Origin: Octopus vulgaris
Lineage: Eukaryota
DNA length: 64,000 nucleotides
Direction: 5' to 3'
NCBI GenBank assembly: GCA_951406725.2
Contig: OX597825.1
Span: 70,184,001-70,248,000 of the forward strand
This document shows, piece after piece, positions 12,030 through 24,905 of the stretch (positions are counted from its first letter, which is position 1; the number at the start of each line of letters is the position of its first letter). Position numbers and translations under genes: made by a program. The notes under the pieces are model-generated. The model did no database searches and had not been told where the DNA came from. It saw only the letters and a list, made by a program, of their open reading frames with translations.

Positions 12030-12230
12030 ATCTTTTACTCGTTTGAGTCATTATACTATGGTCATGCTGGAGCATCGCGTTGAAGAGGATTTAGTGGGGG
12101 AAAAAATCGACCCCAGTACATACATTTTAAGTCTGGTGCTTATTCTATCGGTATTTATGCCGATCCGCTAAGTTACGAGGGTGTAAGCAAACCATTAACG
12201 GTTGTCAAGTAATAGAAGGACAAAAAACAT
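12030..12230 (-). mobile_element. SINE family B, diverged 3' half
   Basis: Reverse complement of the family B tail (cttttactcgttt..tcatt...ggtcatgctggagcatcgc...atcgacccc). Confidence 0.75.
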
Positions 12231-12631
12231 AATCATACACATACACACACACGCATACATATATCTATATATACACACGCACGAACACACATATGTATAC
12301 AAATGCATGTGTGTGTATGCGGTCGCCTAAGCGAAACTGTATACATACATATATATGTATATATGTATATATATATATATATTAAAATTAAAATGGGGGT
12401 GAAAAATTGGATATTAATTTGATAACATCAATTTTAACACCAGTGGTCTAGCACATAAAATATTTGAGGTTCAGTAAATAGTATTACATACATAAATATA
12501 AGAGGGAATTTACCACTATGTGGAAACCCTTATGCTAGAAGAAGATCCGCTATGGTCTTAACCACTAAGAATTGTTCTCTAGAAAATTTAGCAAACACCA
12601 GAAACGTAAGCGAGCAAGACAAATGAAAAGT

Positions 12632-12701
<70 letters not shown>

Positions 12702-12782
12702 CGTATGTATGTATGTGTATATGAATAAAGGTATACATATATACATATTTATAATCAAGTACCCCAGAGGTTTTGTACCTAC

Positions 12783-12934
12783 CTTAACAACTTCGGTTGC
12801 CACATGAACAGTGCACCCGACCAGGAGTACCACAGGGTATGGCCACGGTTGGCTAGAATGATATTCAACTTTCACAACATCGAGACTCACTTGTTCCAAT
12901 ATTTCTCGCGTGCATGCATCTTCAATTGATTCAC
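12783..12934 (-). CDS. NUDT12: NUDT12-like exon with the second half of the Nudix box and SQPW motif ([18 protein letters not shown]...SQPWPYP...ATEVVK)
   Basis: Acceptor tttacaacag, donor aag|gtaggt; 152 nt (phase 1 to 0); SQPWP is the NudC/NUDT12 subfamily signature. Confidence 0.92.
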
Positions 12935-13015
12935 CTGTTGTAAAGAATACAAAAGACACATAGATATATACAGGTCGATAGACAGATAAACAGATAGACA
13001 TATTGATATATAACC

Positions 13016-13096
<81 letters not shown>

Positions 13097-13101
<5 letters not shown>

Positions 13102-13942
13102 GATATTATCAAACATTCATTCTGCATTGAAAATCTTTGCAGATGATTCCAAACTCCAGAAAGCCATAAACTGCATGGGAGATCGAACATGCCTTCAGTC
13201 AGATCTGTTTGCTGTTGTCCAAGGGGCAGAAAAAACAATATGCTTCTAAATGGAGATGAGTTTGATTTGATCCACTTTGGAAAAGAGGATACCCTGAAAT
13301 TACCGTAGGCTTTTCCCTCCGGCAACTCCCTAGCGTCATCCAACAACACCGGAGACCCTGGAATAATTGTTGATAACAATCTAAGCTGGAGTTCCCATGT
13401 AAACAGCAAGGTTGACTTGGCCCGCAGATTATGCTCTTGGATTCTGAGAACTTTCCAGTTTAGAGATGCCTATACCATCTCTGCTCAACTTTTTCCCGAC
13501 CCCACCTTGAATGCTGTTGCCCACTGTGCCCTCCCCCCATACGAAACAACTCATTATGAAGGTGGAAGCACGCCAGAGGTCAATAACAAGAAAGATAGAC
13601 GGCATGAGAGGCATTGACTATTGGGCTTGACTAAAAAAATCACAACATCTTTTCTCTCCAACGCCGCTGGGAACGCTACACCATTTGTGTGATGTGGAAA
13701 ATATTCCATCAATATTGCACAAATGATGTTGGCATCAATTTTGAAATCCACGCAATACTTGGCCCCCATGCTATCCGCCCACTACAAAAAATCGAACTCA
13801 GTACACATAGCAACATTACGTCACAACTACTTTACCTCAACCAGCTGTCTTGAATACCGTACGTCAAATACGTCAAAACGGAAACGGAGCCCATAAAATT
13901 CAAATGTTCATTGGACAAATTTCTTCAAAACATCCCGGACCT
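13097..13942 (+). mobile_element. CR1/L2-group LINE, 5'-truncated reverse transcriptase 3' fragment, antisense in an intron
   Basis: KIFADDSKL..LQSDL..NNMLLNGDEF..IHFG..PGIIVDNNLSWSSHV..SWILRTF..RPHLECC with stops and frameshifts. Confidence 0.9.
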
Positions 13943-14765
13943 ATTTTTTTTTTTTTTTTGTTAATGCCTCAAGAGAGGGCACTTTGACACCGTGGTTAAC
14001 ACGATAAATTGCTATAAATATTACAGAAAAGAAAACAAGAAACTAACTCTGAATATGCTTTTATGAATTTGAAATTCTAATTGCAAATAGATTATATTAT
14101 GCAGAGGGACCAGGACCAGAGTTACTACAAGCAAAATGAGTATCAGTAAATGTTATTGCGATGATGACAGTTTCTTCATGTTTGAAGATCATGAGGAAGA
14201 TCGGCACGGCCTCAATTGGCTATGAAAGCTGATCCTTGACGCTACTGGATTTTTCTTCATGTCTGTGCTTAGTAGTGTTAACATGAGACTCAATCAGTGC
14301 AGTCTGACCCCCACTCTTGAGTCTTGGAAATCTAAAGTGGTTCAGTGAGCTCGGACGGCTGTGGTGACCAGCAAGCTGTAGGTTTTACCTTGGAGTGGTC
14401 CCCACTTTCGTTGGTAAAATTACCTTACATGATTCAAGCTTTCCACCTATCATGGAATTACTGGAATGGAGTCAAAGAGAGCACCGGACCCCCTAAGGAA
14501 CTACACTCCTTGATTTGCTGTCAATTTGACCCTCCTCTAGTCTTTTACTTTCCCAAAGCATTTACAAGGCAGTGGGGATTGTGCTTGGAGTTCTTTCCAG
14601 TAACATAATAACTAACCGAAAGCCGGCAGCAAAGGTGCCTAAAAGAGGTAATTCGAAACTTCTAGAACCCTGGAACTCCTTAACCAGGATTTCACTAATG
14701 GATGCGGTTTAAGATCGTACCCATGGCATTAATATATTTACTCATACAATTTAACAGCAACAACA

Positions 14766-15135
14766 GTGGAGGCGCAATGGCCCAATGGCTAGAGCAGCGG
14801 ACTCGCGGTCGGAGGATCGCGGTTTCGATTCCCAGACCGGGCGTTGTGTGTGTTTATTGAGCAAAAACACCTCCACGAGGCTCCGGCAGGGAGTGGTGAC
14901 GACCCCTGTTGTACTCTTTCGCTCCAACTTTCTCTCACTCTTTCTTCCTGTTTCTTATCCACGACTTCCTACGCAACCGCTGAGCCTGGACGCGCATTCA
15001 TCCATCCGTCGATGCTCTCGGTGTCGGGGGTTGACCTGCTTTCTCTTCTGCGGGTCTTACGAATAGCAAAGGACCACGTTTCTGACTTCTCCTACTCTGG
15101 GACGAAGACTGCTTCGCTCAACAGCAACAACAACA
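14766..15135 (+). mobile_element. SINE family C, tail type 2, (CAA)n end
   Basis: gtggaggcgcaatggccc head, ggtttcgattccc B-box; tail matches 27262-27420. Confidence 0.9.
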
Positions 15136-15171
15136 ACAACAAGAATAAGAACAAGAAAGTTGACATCTTAC

Positions 15172-15315
15172 CAGGTTCGATATAACCAGAGACACAGAAG
15201 AACATATTGGAGGGGAAATTTTTCTTGAGCCCCATCAGACAGTGAGTTTGGGAAGAATTGACGACAAGAACTACAACATTAGGGTCCACACGTGGGTAGT
15301 TCGTATTCAATAAAC
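15172..15315 (-). CDS. NUDT12: NUDT12-like exon (GLLNTNYPRVDPNVVVLV...MFFCVSGYIEPG)
   Basis: Acceptor ttctccttcag, donor g|gtaaga; 144 nt, phase 1-1; YPRVDP motif and start of the Nudix box. Confidence 0.92.
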
Positions 15316-15390
15316 CTGAAGGAGAAGAACATATTACATGACAAAATTGTTTTAATTACTTCAAAGCGATTATATTTGTACGCATTCTGT

Positions 15391-15795
15391 TTCTTTCTTA
15401 GCGACAGGGGGCTAAACATAGAGGGGACAGACAAACGGATCAAGTCGATTACATCGACCCCAGTGCGTAACTGGTACTTAATTTATCGACCCCGAAAGGA
15501 TGAAAAGTAAAGTCGACCTCGGCGGAATTTGAACTCAGAACATAGCGGCAGACGAAACACCTATTTCTTTACTATCCACAAGGGGCTAAACACAGGCAGG
15601 ACAAACAAGGACAGATAAACGGATTAAGTCGATTACATCAACATCAGTCCGTAACTGGTACTTAATTTATCGACCCCGAAAGGATGAAAAGTAAAGTCGA
15701 CCTCGGCGGAATTTGAACTCAGAACGTAGCAACGGGCGAAATACCGCGAAGCACTTCGCCCGGCGTGCTAACGTCTCTACCAGCTCGCCGCCTTT
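15391..15795 (-). mobile_element. SINE family A dimer
   Basis: Reverse-complement dimer, junction at ~15561. Confidence 0.9.
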
Positions 15796-16059
15796 ACATT
15801 TGTATATATTATATTTGTATGCATTTGTCATTGCTGTGTGTGCGTGCGTGTGTGTGTGTGAGAAAGAGACAGAGAGTGTGTGTGTGTATGTGTATGTGTG
15901 TGCGTGTTTGTGTGTGTTCGTGTGTGTGTGTGTGCGTGCGTATATGTGTGCACGTGTGTGTGCGCGCGCGTATGTGTGTGTGTATTTGTGTTTGCGTATG
16001 AGTGTGTGTGTGTGTGTGTGTCTGTACGTGTGTGTGAGCGTATGTGTGGGTGTGTGAGG

Positions 16060-16275
16060 TGTGTGTTTGTTTGTTCCCAACCATCTCTTGACAAATGCTG
16101 TTGGTCTGTTTGCGTCCTCTGATTTAGTAATACGGCAAAATGACCCCCACTAGAATGGGTACCAAGCTATAAAAATAGGTAGCGAGGTTGATTCATTCGA
16201 CTAAACTCTTCAAAGATGTGCCCCAGCATGGCCGCAGTTCAATGATTGAAACAAACAAAAGATATAAAAGATAAA
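16060..16275 (+). mobile_element. SINE family B, diverged 3' half
   Basis: ccatctcttgacaaatg...ccccagcatggccgcagttcaatgattgaaacaaacaaaagata. Confidence 0.75.
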
Positions 16276-16314
16276 TGATAAAAGATAAAGAATATTTAGA
16301 ATTATATTACGAAC

Positions 16315-17021
16315 CTGATCGACTCAAACATTTTCCGTTAGTGCATTCTCGTTTAAGTCCGGCGTCTTCCGGGATCGTTCGGCAACCGCAGGTGGGGCAG
16401 AATTGGTGGTCCATGTGCCACAAAATCAACGAACAAGCTTCAGAAAAGATACACCTCTCGTATTCATTCAAATTCAAAAAAGCAGGGAAAGGTGATACGA
16501 AGTGACCATTGGGCAAGATACTCTCAAGTTTATCTTTGTCCATCGAAGACACATCAATAGCGAACCATGCACGGTCTTTCTTTGATTGTTCGTTTTTCGT
16601 CTGAAGTGGTTCCGTTCCTAAAAAGATGTTCAATGATTTTTCTTCGTTCAAAAAAAAATCGATATCTTTATAACTAGCCGCGATTAGTTGATGTCTCTGA
16701 GGTGTATCGTCGTTAGATTGTTTTTCTGGTGAAACATAGATTTGAAGATCTGAAAATAAAAGGAATTGAGTGCTGGCGTCCTTCTTCTTGGTATCCAGCC
16801 ATAGAAGATCTTTCCGTTTGTCTGAGCAGCGTTGTAAGACATTGAACGAAACGTGTTTCTTCTCCAGGTTTTCTATAAGAGGTTTGTTGCTCTCGTTAGA
16901 AATCGATGATCTCGGGGATGAGCTCTCGTTACTCAGTATAGAAGCAATTCTTTTTCTACTCCATATTTTGGCAATGTCAGCAGCAGTGTGGCCTCCGTTC
17001 GTCTGCAGATCACTTCTACAC
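16315..17021 (-). CDS. NUDT12: NUDT12-like large exon: end of ankyrin region, NudC N-terminal domain and Zn ribbon (CPTCG...CTNGKC)
   Basis: Acceptor ttttcttgtatttgatcag, donor tcag|gttcgt; 707 nt open; HTAADIAKIW, LQRCSDKRKD..WL, FLLFSDL, IFLG, AWFA, WH..QFCPTCG..GLKREC match the NUDT12 layout. Confidence 0.92.
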
Positions 17022-17068
17022 CTGATCAAATACAAGAAAATAAAACATAACTTTAAGCATGTGTGTAT

Positions 17069-17218
17069 GCATATATGTATTCATGTAGGTATATGTATGT
17101 ATGTATGCATATATGTATTCATGTAGGTATATGTATGCATGTATGCATATATGTATTCATGTAGGTATATGTATGTATGTATGCATATATGTATTCATGT
17201 AGGTATATGTCTGTATGT
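17069..17218. repeat. 38-bp minisatellite x4 just upstream of the exon acceptor
   Basis: gcatatatgtattcatgtaggtatatgtatgtatgtat repeated. Confidence 0.9.
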
Positions 17219-17228
17219 GCGCCTGTGC

Positions 17229-17288
<60 letters not shown>

Positions 17289-17352
17289 ACATATATATAT
17301 GTATACATAGATATATACATACATATATAGACATATATATGTATAAATATAT

Positions 17353-17423
<71 letters not shown>

Positions 17424-18411
17424 ATAGAGAGAGAGACGCAAATATTCACACAGCCATATTTGTATATATATGTGTATACATATGTATGTGTATAAATAGA
17501 TGTATGTATATACATGTAAGGTGAAAGAGAGAGAGAGAAAGAGAGAGACTTATAATTCAAAAAAGCATACACCCTGGGTGAAATAAACAAAATCAATAAT
17601 TAGTTTAACAGACGTTTTCTTTAAGTAGCGATAAAATCACTCAGCTATGAAATACCACTTATTTTGTCATAAGTAAACATCCTTAATTAGTTTTACAGTT
17701 ACATTTACTCACAAACAAGCAAATTATTATAAGTTAACTAATGTTCATCAAAACAACAATATTTACAAACACTTTACGATAAAGGAACTTGACTAAAAAA
17801 CCGAGGAAAATATCTTAGATAAGCAGACAAAACTAAATAAACAAAAAAAATACGCCCGTAACTCCTTATCAATAAACACAAGAAAAAGAACCACCACTCC
17901 ACAAAAATAAACACTCGTGAGGCAGAAAAATAACATCAATCAGCAAACGTCAGACAATAAACAAAAGCATGAGATTCATACGGAAAACAATTAATATAAA
18001 CACACAACCAAACTGAGTAGTTAGAGATCTCGCCTGCGGATGGTAGTAGCGTGAAACTCGAGTCAAAAGTCAAACATCTGGTTAACCCTTGAAAAGCTGA
18101 CATCACCAATTGATGTTTCAAAAGGTTTTCGTAGATATGGCCATGTATCCAAGCCCGAGCGTCTTCTTCGTCAAATGTGCCAAAACGCAAGCGGCTCTTA
18201 TCGATGGAGAGATGAATTCGCAAATAGATGATGATCATGATGATGCTATAGATAGTGCAAAAGAAACCGATACTTCAACTAGCTCTGGATAGAAAAAAAT
18301 GCCCTGATTTTCTTCATGTGAACATTCGTTTCACGTCAACAATGCCGGAATCTCAAATGACTTTATGTTCACACAGATGCGGAGAATAGCGAATATTTTA
18401 CGGTTCTTTTC

Positions 18412-18705
18412 AATAATTCTCTCGACCTTGCTCCTTCAGTTTACTATTTCTTTCGTAGTTTAAAGAATCATTTGGGAGATATAACTTTCGCAAGCCAGGA
18501 GGAAGTCGAAACTGACATTTCAGAGTTCTTTGCTTTGAAACCAAAAGAGTTTTACATTGATAGGATTAAAAATCTTGTAAATAGATGGAAGGAAGTCCTA
18601 GATTATCAGGGAAAGTACGTTGATGATTAAATTTCAATTAAATATAACATTTGATCACTTGTTTTCTTTATTCAAAATTCGGACAGAACTTATGGGATGA
18701 CCTGA
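18412..18705 (+). mobile_element. mariner transposon 3' remnant with right TIR
   Basis: SLDLAPSVYYFFRSLKNHL..F...EVETDISEFFALKPKEFYIDRIKNLVNRWKEVLDYQGKYVDD* (YSPDLAP motif region), then TIR-like ggacagaacttatgggatgacctga + TA. Confidence 0.9.
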
Positions 18706-18795
18706 TAAATAAACTGGGAATAATTCCTTTATTTCTTATGACTAACATTATTATTAATACCAATATACTATTCTGTACACTACCAAAAACGTCTT

Positions 18796-18909
<114 letters not shown>

Positions 18910-18929
18910 ATATATATGTGTGTATATCT

Positions 18930-19171
18930 AATATAGGATAAAATTTTTCGAAAAAAATTATATCAATGGGCAGCATATTAAAAAATACCTTTAAAGGTTA
19001 AATTTATAAACGACATATAAATAAGGGCAAAAGGAAAATATTTTAGAAATTTCTGTCGGCTTACTTCGAGACACGTGCTTATAGTGATGAATTATATGGT
19101 TATTGACGATTTAAGTCTATTTTCGGCATATTTGGCATTGGAATTTTTTTCTTTTGCCCTTGTTTATAAAT

Positions 19172-19172
<1 letters not shown>
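18930..19172. mobile_element. (TA)n-flanked fold-back element
   Basis: aatttataaac..aagggcaaaag.aaaa (~19001-19038) inverted at 19147-19172. Confidence 0.55.
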
Positions 19173-19233
<61 letters not shown>

Positions 19234-19234
19234 A

Positions 19235-19642
19235 TAAATCATGATAAGAACAAGTGGCCAGCATGGGAATAAAAACCTTCAAAGATAATAATTATTAAAA
19301 TTATAATTTAGGGTATCTGAGAGATACCATCACGCTGGAAATACTAGCCAAAACCTGACTCTAAAACCATATTAAGTGTTCATACAGCACCAAGAGAGAA
19401 GACAAAAAGATAAAATAAACTGGCAAAAAAATTTCTGGATAATTCCAGATCCCGGATTTCTGACTCTACATAAATGCTTTGTCTCATCTCTCCTGGTGAT
19501 GTATGAACACATGAACACCGCATAAGAAATGCTTTGCCTCCTCTCCTGGTGCTGTATGAACACTTAATGTGGTTTTAGAGTCAAGTTTTGGCTGCTATTT
19601 CCAGCGTGGTGGTATCTCTTAGATACCCTAAATTATAATTTA
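19235..19642. mobile_element. (TA)n-flanked fold-back element with ~110-bp inverted arms; deleted relative at 43800-43985
   Basis: 19296-19407 is the reverse complement of ~19535-19642 (taaaattataatttagggtatct..gagatacca.cacgctggaaata...gtgttcatacagcacca). Confidence 0.85.
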
Positions 19643-19654
19643 TATATATATATA

Positions 19655-19872
19655 TATTTGATTTCAAATTTTGGCACAAAATCAGCAAGTTCGGAAGGGA
19701 AGACTAGTTGTTTATATGAACTCCAGGACTCAACTGGTATTTATTTTGTCGAATTCAAAAGGGTGAAAGGCAAAGCTGACCTCGGTGGAATTTGAACTCA
19801 GAGCGCAAAGACAAATAAAATGCTACTACGCATTTTGCCCGGTGCTCTAACGATTCTGCCAACTTGCCGCCT
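19655..19872 (-). mobile_element. SINE family A, diverged
   Basis: Reverse complement of family A head and core. Confidence 0.8.
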
Positions 19873-20125
19873 AATTAAAATCATGTCATTGTCCAAATAC
19901 AAGATATTATCCTACAAATGAGATATGCAGTGGTAATTTTTTTTCCAACTTGTCCGGTCATACCTAGTCTATGTCAACTGACCAGGTGGTATGAGTGACT
20001 GACCGAACGAACGATGAGACTATAGATCAGTTAATCAGTTATCCTGGATTTCCTGAGTCGTGTCAGTCAACGGACGACAAAGATGAGAAGCGGGAATAAA
20101 TAAATACAATAAAGCAGGTAACTGA

Positions 20126-20512
20126 AGGCTGTGAGCTGGCAGAAACGTTAGACCACCAGGCGAAATGCGTAGCCGTATTTCGTCTGCCGGTACGTTCTGA
20201 GTTCAAATTCCGCCGCGGTCGGCTTTGCCTTTCATTCTTCCGCACTGGGGTCGATATATTCGACTTAATCCGTTTGTCTGTCATTGTTTGTCCCTTCTGT
20301 GTTTAGCCCCTTGTGGGTAGTAAAGAAATAGGTATTTCGTCTGCTGCTACGTTCTAAGTTCAAATTCCGCCGAGTTCAACTTTGCCTTTCATCCTTTCGG
20401 GGTCAATTAAATAAGTACCAGTTACGCACTGGGGTCGATATAATCGACTCAGTCCCTTTGTCTGTCCTTGTTTGTCCCCTCCATGCTTAGCCCCTTGTGG
20501 GCAATAAAGAAT
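20126..20512 (+). mobile_element. SINE family A dimer
   Basis: Junction aaagaaata|ggtatttcgtc at 20330/20331. Confidence 0.9.
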
Positions 20513-20520
20513 TAAATAAA

Positions 20521-20885
20521 GTCCCACTGCGTGGAATCTTGGGCAAGTGTCTTCTGTTATAGCCCCGGGCTGACCAATGCCTTGTGAGTGGATTTGGTAG
20601 ACGGAAACTGAAAGAAGCCTGTCGTATATATGTATATATATATATGTATGTGTGTATATATGTTTGTGTGTCTGTGTTTGTCCCCCTAGCATTGCTTGAC
20701 AACCGATGCTGGTGTGTTTATGTCCCCGTCACTTAGCGGTTCGGCAAAAAGAGACCGATAGAATAAGTACTGGGCTTACAAAGAATAAGTCCCGGGGTCG
20801 ATTTGCTCGACTAAAGGCGGTGCTCCAGCAAGGCCGCAGTCAAATGACTGAAACAAGTAAAAGAGTAAAAGAGTAAAAGAGTAAA
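20521..20885 (+). mobile_element. SINE family B, 5'-truncated, (GTAAAAGA)n tail
   Basis: Matches 3660-4025. Confidence 0.9.
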
Positions 20886-21514
20886 GTGGGTAAATGTTGG
20901 GGTGAGGGGTAGATGTGAAGAAGTGATAGAGATGGGAGAGTCTAGAGATACATCGAGAAGATCAAATGGTTTCAGTTAGCTCCACTTGTTAGCCAGCTTG
21001 CATAAACGATATGTGTGTTTACAATATGTATGTGTCTACGTATACATGTATGTGAATAAATACATATATATGTCTATATATAAATGCGCGTGTGTGTGTG
21101 TGTGCGTATGTTTGTGTGCGCGTGTGTACTAACAAGAACTTCTTAATCAGAATAGTCACAATTTTGGATAAGTAACAAGTCAAAATACAATACTTGCACA
21201 TACACAATTAAACACACTGCTGGACACGTGACGTTCTGTAAATAAACATATTCAAATTTATGCAAACATTATGTGTACTTTTGACTAAAAATTTCTCCCT
21301 TGTTTTAATTTCTGAGGCTAACGAAGACATGGGAGGGAGAAAAATATACTTATTTTTCCCATGACATATTTATACACATACAGGGTGTCCAAACAATGTA
21401 TATACACCCTAACAGCTGATAACTTAATTTTCATTTATTTTTAGATATAACCCATTATATAACACACACACGCACACACACATATATAGATGCACACGCG
21501 CACATATATATATT

Positions 21515-21550
<36 letters not shown>

Positions 21551-21557
<7 letters not shown>

Positions 21558-21848
21558 ATCACGTGACCGGCCAGTCCATCAGATGTAGTTACACATCGCT
21601 GGTCACAATGCGTTCGCATTGTTTTAGCCTTCGAATGACGCCACCCCGCTGGCTAAGCGAGCTGACCAACAGAAGAAAGAGTGGTGAAAGAATACAGCAG
21701 GGATCACCACCATCCCCTGCCGGAGCCTCGTGGAGCTTTTAAGTGTTTTCGCTCAATAAACACTCACAACGCCCGGTCTGGGAATCGAAACCGCGATCCT
21801 ACGACCGCGAGTCCACTGCCCTAACCACTGGGCCATTGCGTTTCCACT
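21551..21848 (-). mobile_element. SINE family C, tail type 3
   Basis: Family C head; tail ends in tcacgtgatcacgtga-(TA)n and matches 51430-51547. Confidence 0.88.
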
Positions 21849-21856
21849 TATACATA

Positions 21857-21994
<138 letters not shown>

Positions 21995-22710
21995 GTGTGT
22001 GTCATTGAGTTCATGTCTATACCCACTTTCATCGCTTGATAATCAACGTTGATTCATTCATGTCTCCGTAGCATTAGCGGTTCGGCGTAAGGGAGCGATG
22101 GAATAAATGCCAGATTTTAAAAGTAAACACGAAGTCGATCTGTTCGTCAAAAAACCATTGAAGGCGGTACCCCATCCTGGATGCAATCTAATGATTGAAA
22201 CAGGTGTAAAGCAAAACAAAGTATTAACCAAGTGTCTGTAGTCTTCAATAAACTACAGACCACCATCACAGCAGCAAAGAGTGGTGGGGGGCGTTTTAAT
22301 TACATTATAGATTCCCATTAAAAACAATACACTGACACTCAGTAACCTCAGATCGGGAAAGATAGTTGGAAATGTGATGTTGTAAATGTCATGTTTTTCC
22401 CGAAACCTTTCGCAACGTAGAAAAAATAAAACTGCTACAGTCAGAAATAAAAAAATTAGGCTCGTAATTGTGCGGTGTCGAATTTCTCAATTTCTCAATC
22501 TTGTTTACCGGATTTACATAAATAAGAACAATGAAAATATACAATACACATCCCATAGTTGTTATTACTATTTAGCCAGAGGTTAGTCCTGTCTGAGCGA
22601 ACGCTATGATAGAAAGTATTCCAGAAGTGACCATTATGCCTTTTATTCAAACTATGTCTTCAGGACTGCATAGTCCACTGTTCCAATGAGCACTCATTCC
22701 AATTTTGAAG

Positions 22711-22818
<108 letters not shown>

Positions 22819-23597
22819 TGTATGTATGTATGTATGTATGTATGTATGTATGCATGCACACAGTGACACACATTACGTTAGTGATGGCAAACGTTCGGAA
22901 GACCACTTAAACTACATTAAGTTTTCATTTAAACTACATTCAACCTCTCATCTAAAACCCTCGTGTTTTCTGCCGACAGAACGCGTCTACTGCTATCTGC
23001 AGTCGTATGGGGGTTCTGAGTGTTATCCGCGCTCTTTTCTGGTATTCTAGCAAACACCCAGTGCATAAATATTTGTACGATTGTCGAATAACTCTACTGA
23101 CAGGAAACCCAAGGTTTCTAGGCATCAATTTAATTAACGACGAATAGTACACACTCTATCTTCTCGAGTTGTGTAGTCTGAGTCACGTAGTACAAATTGA
23201 TGACTACAGAGAAAATATTATCTCAGAATTATTCATAATATGCAAAAACAGACATAGAGTGTGTCCTAAAATGTGTTAGAGTATCAGAGCTGTCAGTGTG
23301 AAGTTAATTAATTAGTTAATCAATTAATCGGTAGAGGATGTGAATAAATACGTAATTAAGATTAAATTTGGAGTGTGTATTTTTAGTAAACACATGTTTT
23401 AGTTTCATTGAAGTAAAAAACAAGTAGATTTTTAATGAATTCACGTTACTCGCGTTTGAACTGTTATGCAAATCAGGACATACCAATTTAATTTTACCCG
23501 TGTGTATATACAAGCTGTCTACTGAAAACACGCGCTTGTAAATTTGTTTTACATCTCTCTCGCCCCCACCCCCACCCTCTCAATATGTAATACGTAT

Positions 23598-23812
23598 AAG
23601 GCGGCAAGCTGGCAGAAACGTTAGCACGCCGGACGAAATGCTGAGAGGTATTTCGTCTGTCTGTACATTCTGAGTTCAAATTCCACTGAGATCGATTTTG
23701 CTTTTTATCCTTTCGGGGTCGATAAAAACTAAGTACCAGTTTTGAACTGGGGTCGATCTAATCGACTGGCCTGGCCCACTTCCCCAAAATTTCGGGCCTT
23801 GTGCCTAGATAG
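23598..23812 (+). mobile_element. SINE family A
   Basis: Family A head and core. Confidence 0.85.
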
Positions 23813-23840
23813 AGCAAAAAAGAATATATAATACGTGTGT

Positions 23841-23895
<55 letters not shown>

Positions 23896-24531
23896 TGTTT
23901 GTGTGTGTCCATGATACCGCACAAGGAAGAAATCACACAAACGACAAGACGTTTACTATAACGATGACTATGACAGAGCAATGACCACAACAATAACAAC
24001 AACAACGGCAGCAGAAACTATATATTTACATATATGTGTGTGTGTGTGTGTGTGTATGTCTGACTGTCTATCTGTTCGTGCGTGTGCGTGTATATGTATG
24101 TATGTATGTATGTACGTGCGTGCTTATATATATCTACGTAAATGTCGAACGATGAAATGAGTGCTCAACACACACACACACATATATATACATATATGTG
24201 TGTGTGTATGTGTGTGCATGTGTGTGTGAGTGTGTGTGTGTTTATGTTTGCATGCACACACACACACACGATACACGTGTGGACGCACATGTTTTATTTG
24301 CATATGTGTTTCTTTGCATACGTGAGTCAGAACACGGTACCAGTCCATGTTGCACAAACATGTCACACAAAAACAGAAAGCATTACTGCACTTATGCTTG
24401 CACCGTACTCCGCTGCAACGTGTGTTCAGTAACATCGTGCACCAATTGTTAAAATCTGAGTCATTATGTCACACCCAAACATTGACACCGTCTCATAAGA
24501 TAGATCGAGAGTTTTATTTATAGTAGATACA

Positions 24532-24604
<73 letters not shown>

Positions 24605-24695
24605 TAAACCAAACAAGAAAACAAAAAGACAACAACGCGAGGATGTGGAACAAATAAAGTATTATTGGGCGCTCAGGAAAGAAGGGAAGAAGGAG

Positions 24696-24733
24696 GGCAT
24701 GACGTTTCGAGCGGAGCTCTTCGTCGGAAACAT
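24696..24733 (-). ncRNA. Minimal hammerhead-ribozyme-like motif, CCGACGA variant core; near-identical copy at 36919-36956
   Basis: Minus: atgttt CCGACGA a gagc-tcc-gctc GAAAC GTC atgc, inside a (TA)n-flanked element (~24601-24815). Confidence 0.5.
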
Positions 24734-24846
24734 AGGAGAAAGAAAGATCCCGAGGTGGGAGGACAGAGGGAAAAAAATTGCAAGTGGTCTTCACGAGGTC
24801 ACATACTGAAAAGCTATATATATACACTCACAAGCATATATAATAA

Positions 24847-24905
<59 letters not shown>

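Noticed and set aside
12935-13409. N-terminal extension of the 273-aa ORF 12588-13409
   Set aside because: Antisense CR1 sequence and (CA)n read through in frame; only 12934-12783 is the exon.
14766-14845. tRNA-like sequences at SINE heads (also ~21770-21848, 41835-41911, 61310-61387)
   Set aside because: They run into shared SINE bodies, so they are SINE promoters rather than tRNA genes.
17936-18292. ORFs just upstream of the large exon as the missing NUDT12 first exon
   Set aside because: No ankyrin motif in the frames I checked and no convincing phase-2 donor; adjacent to a mariner remnant.
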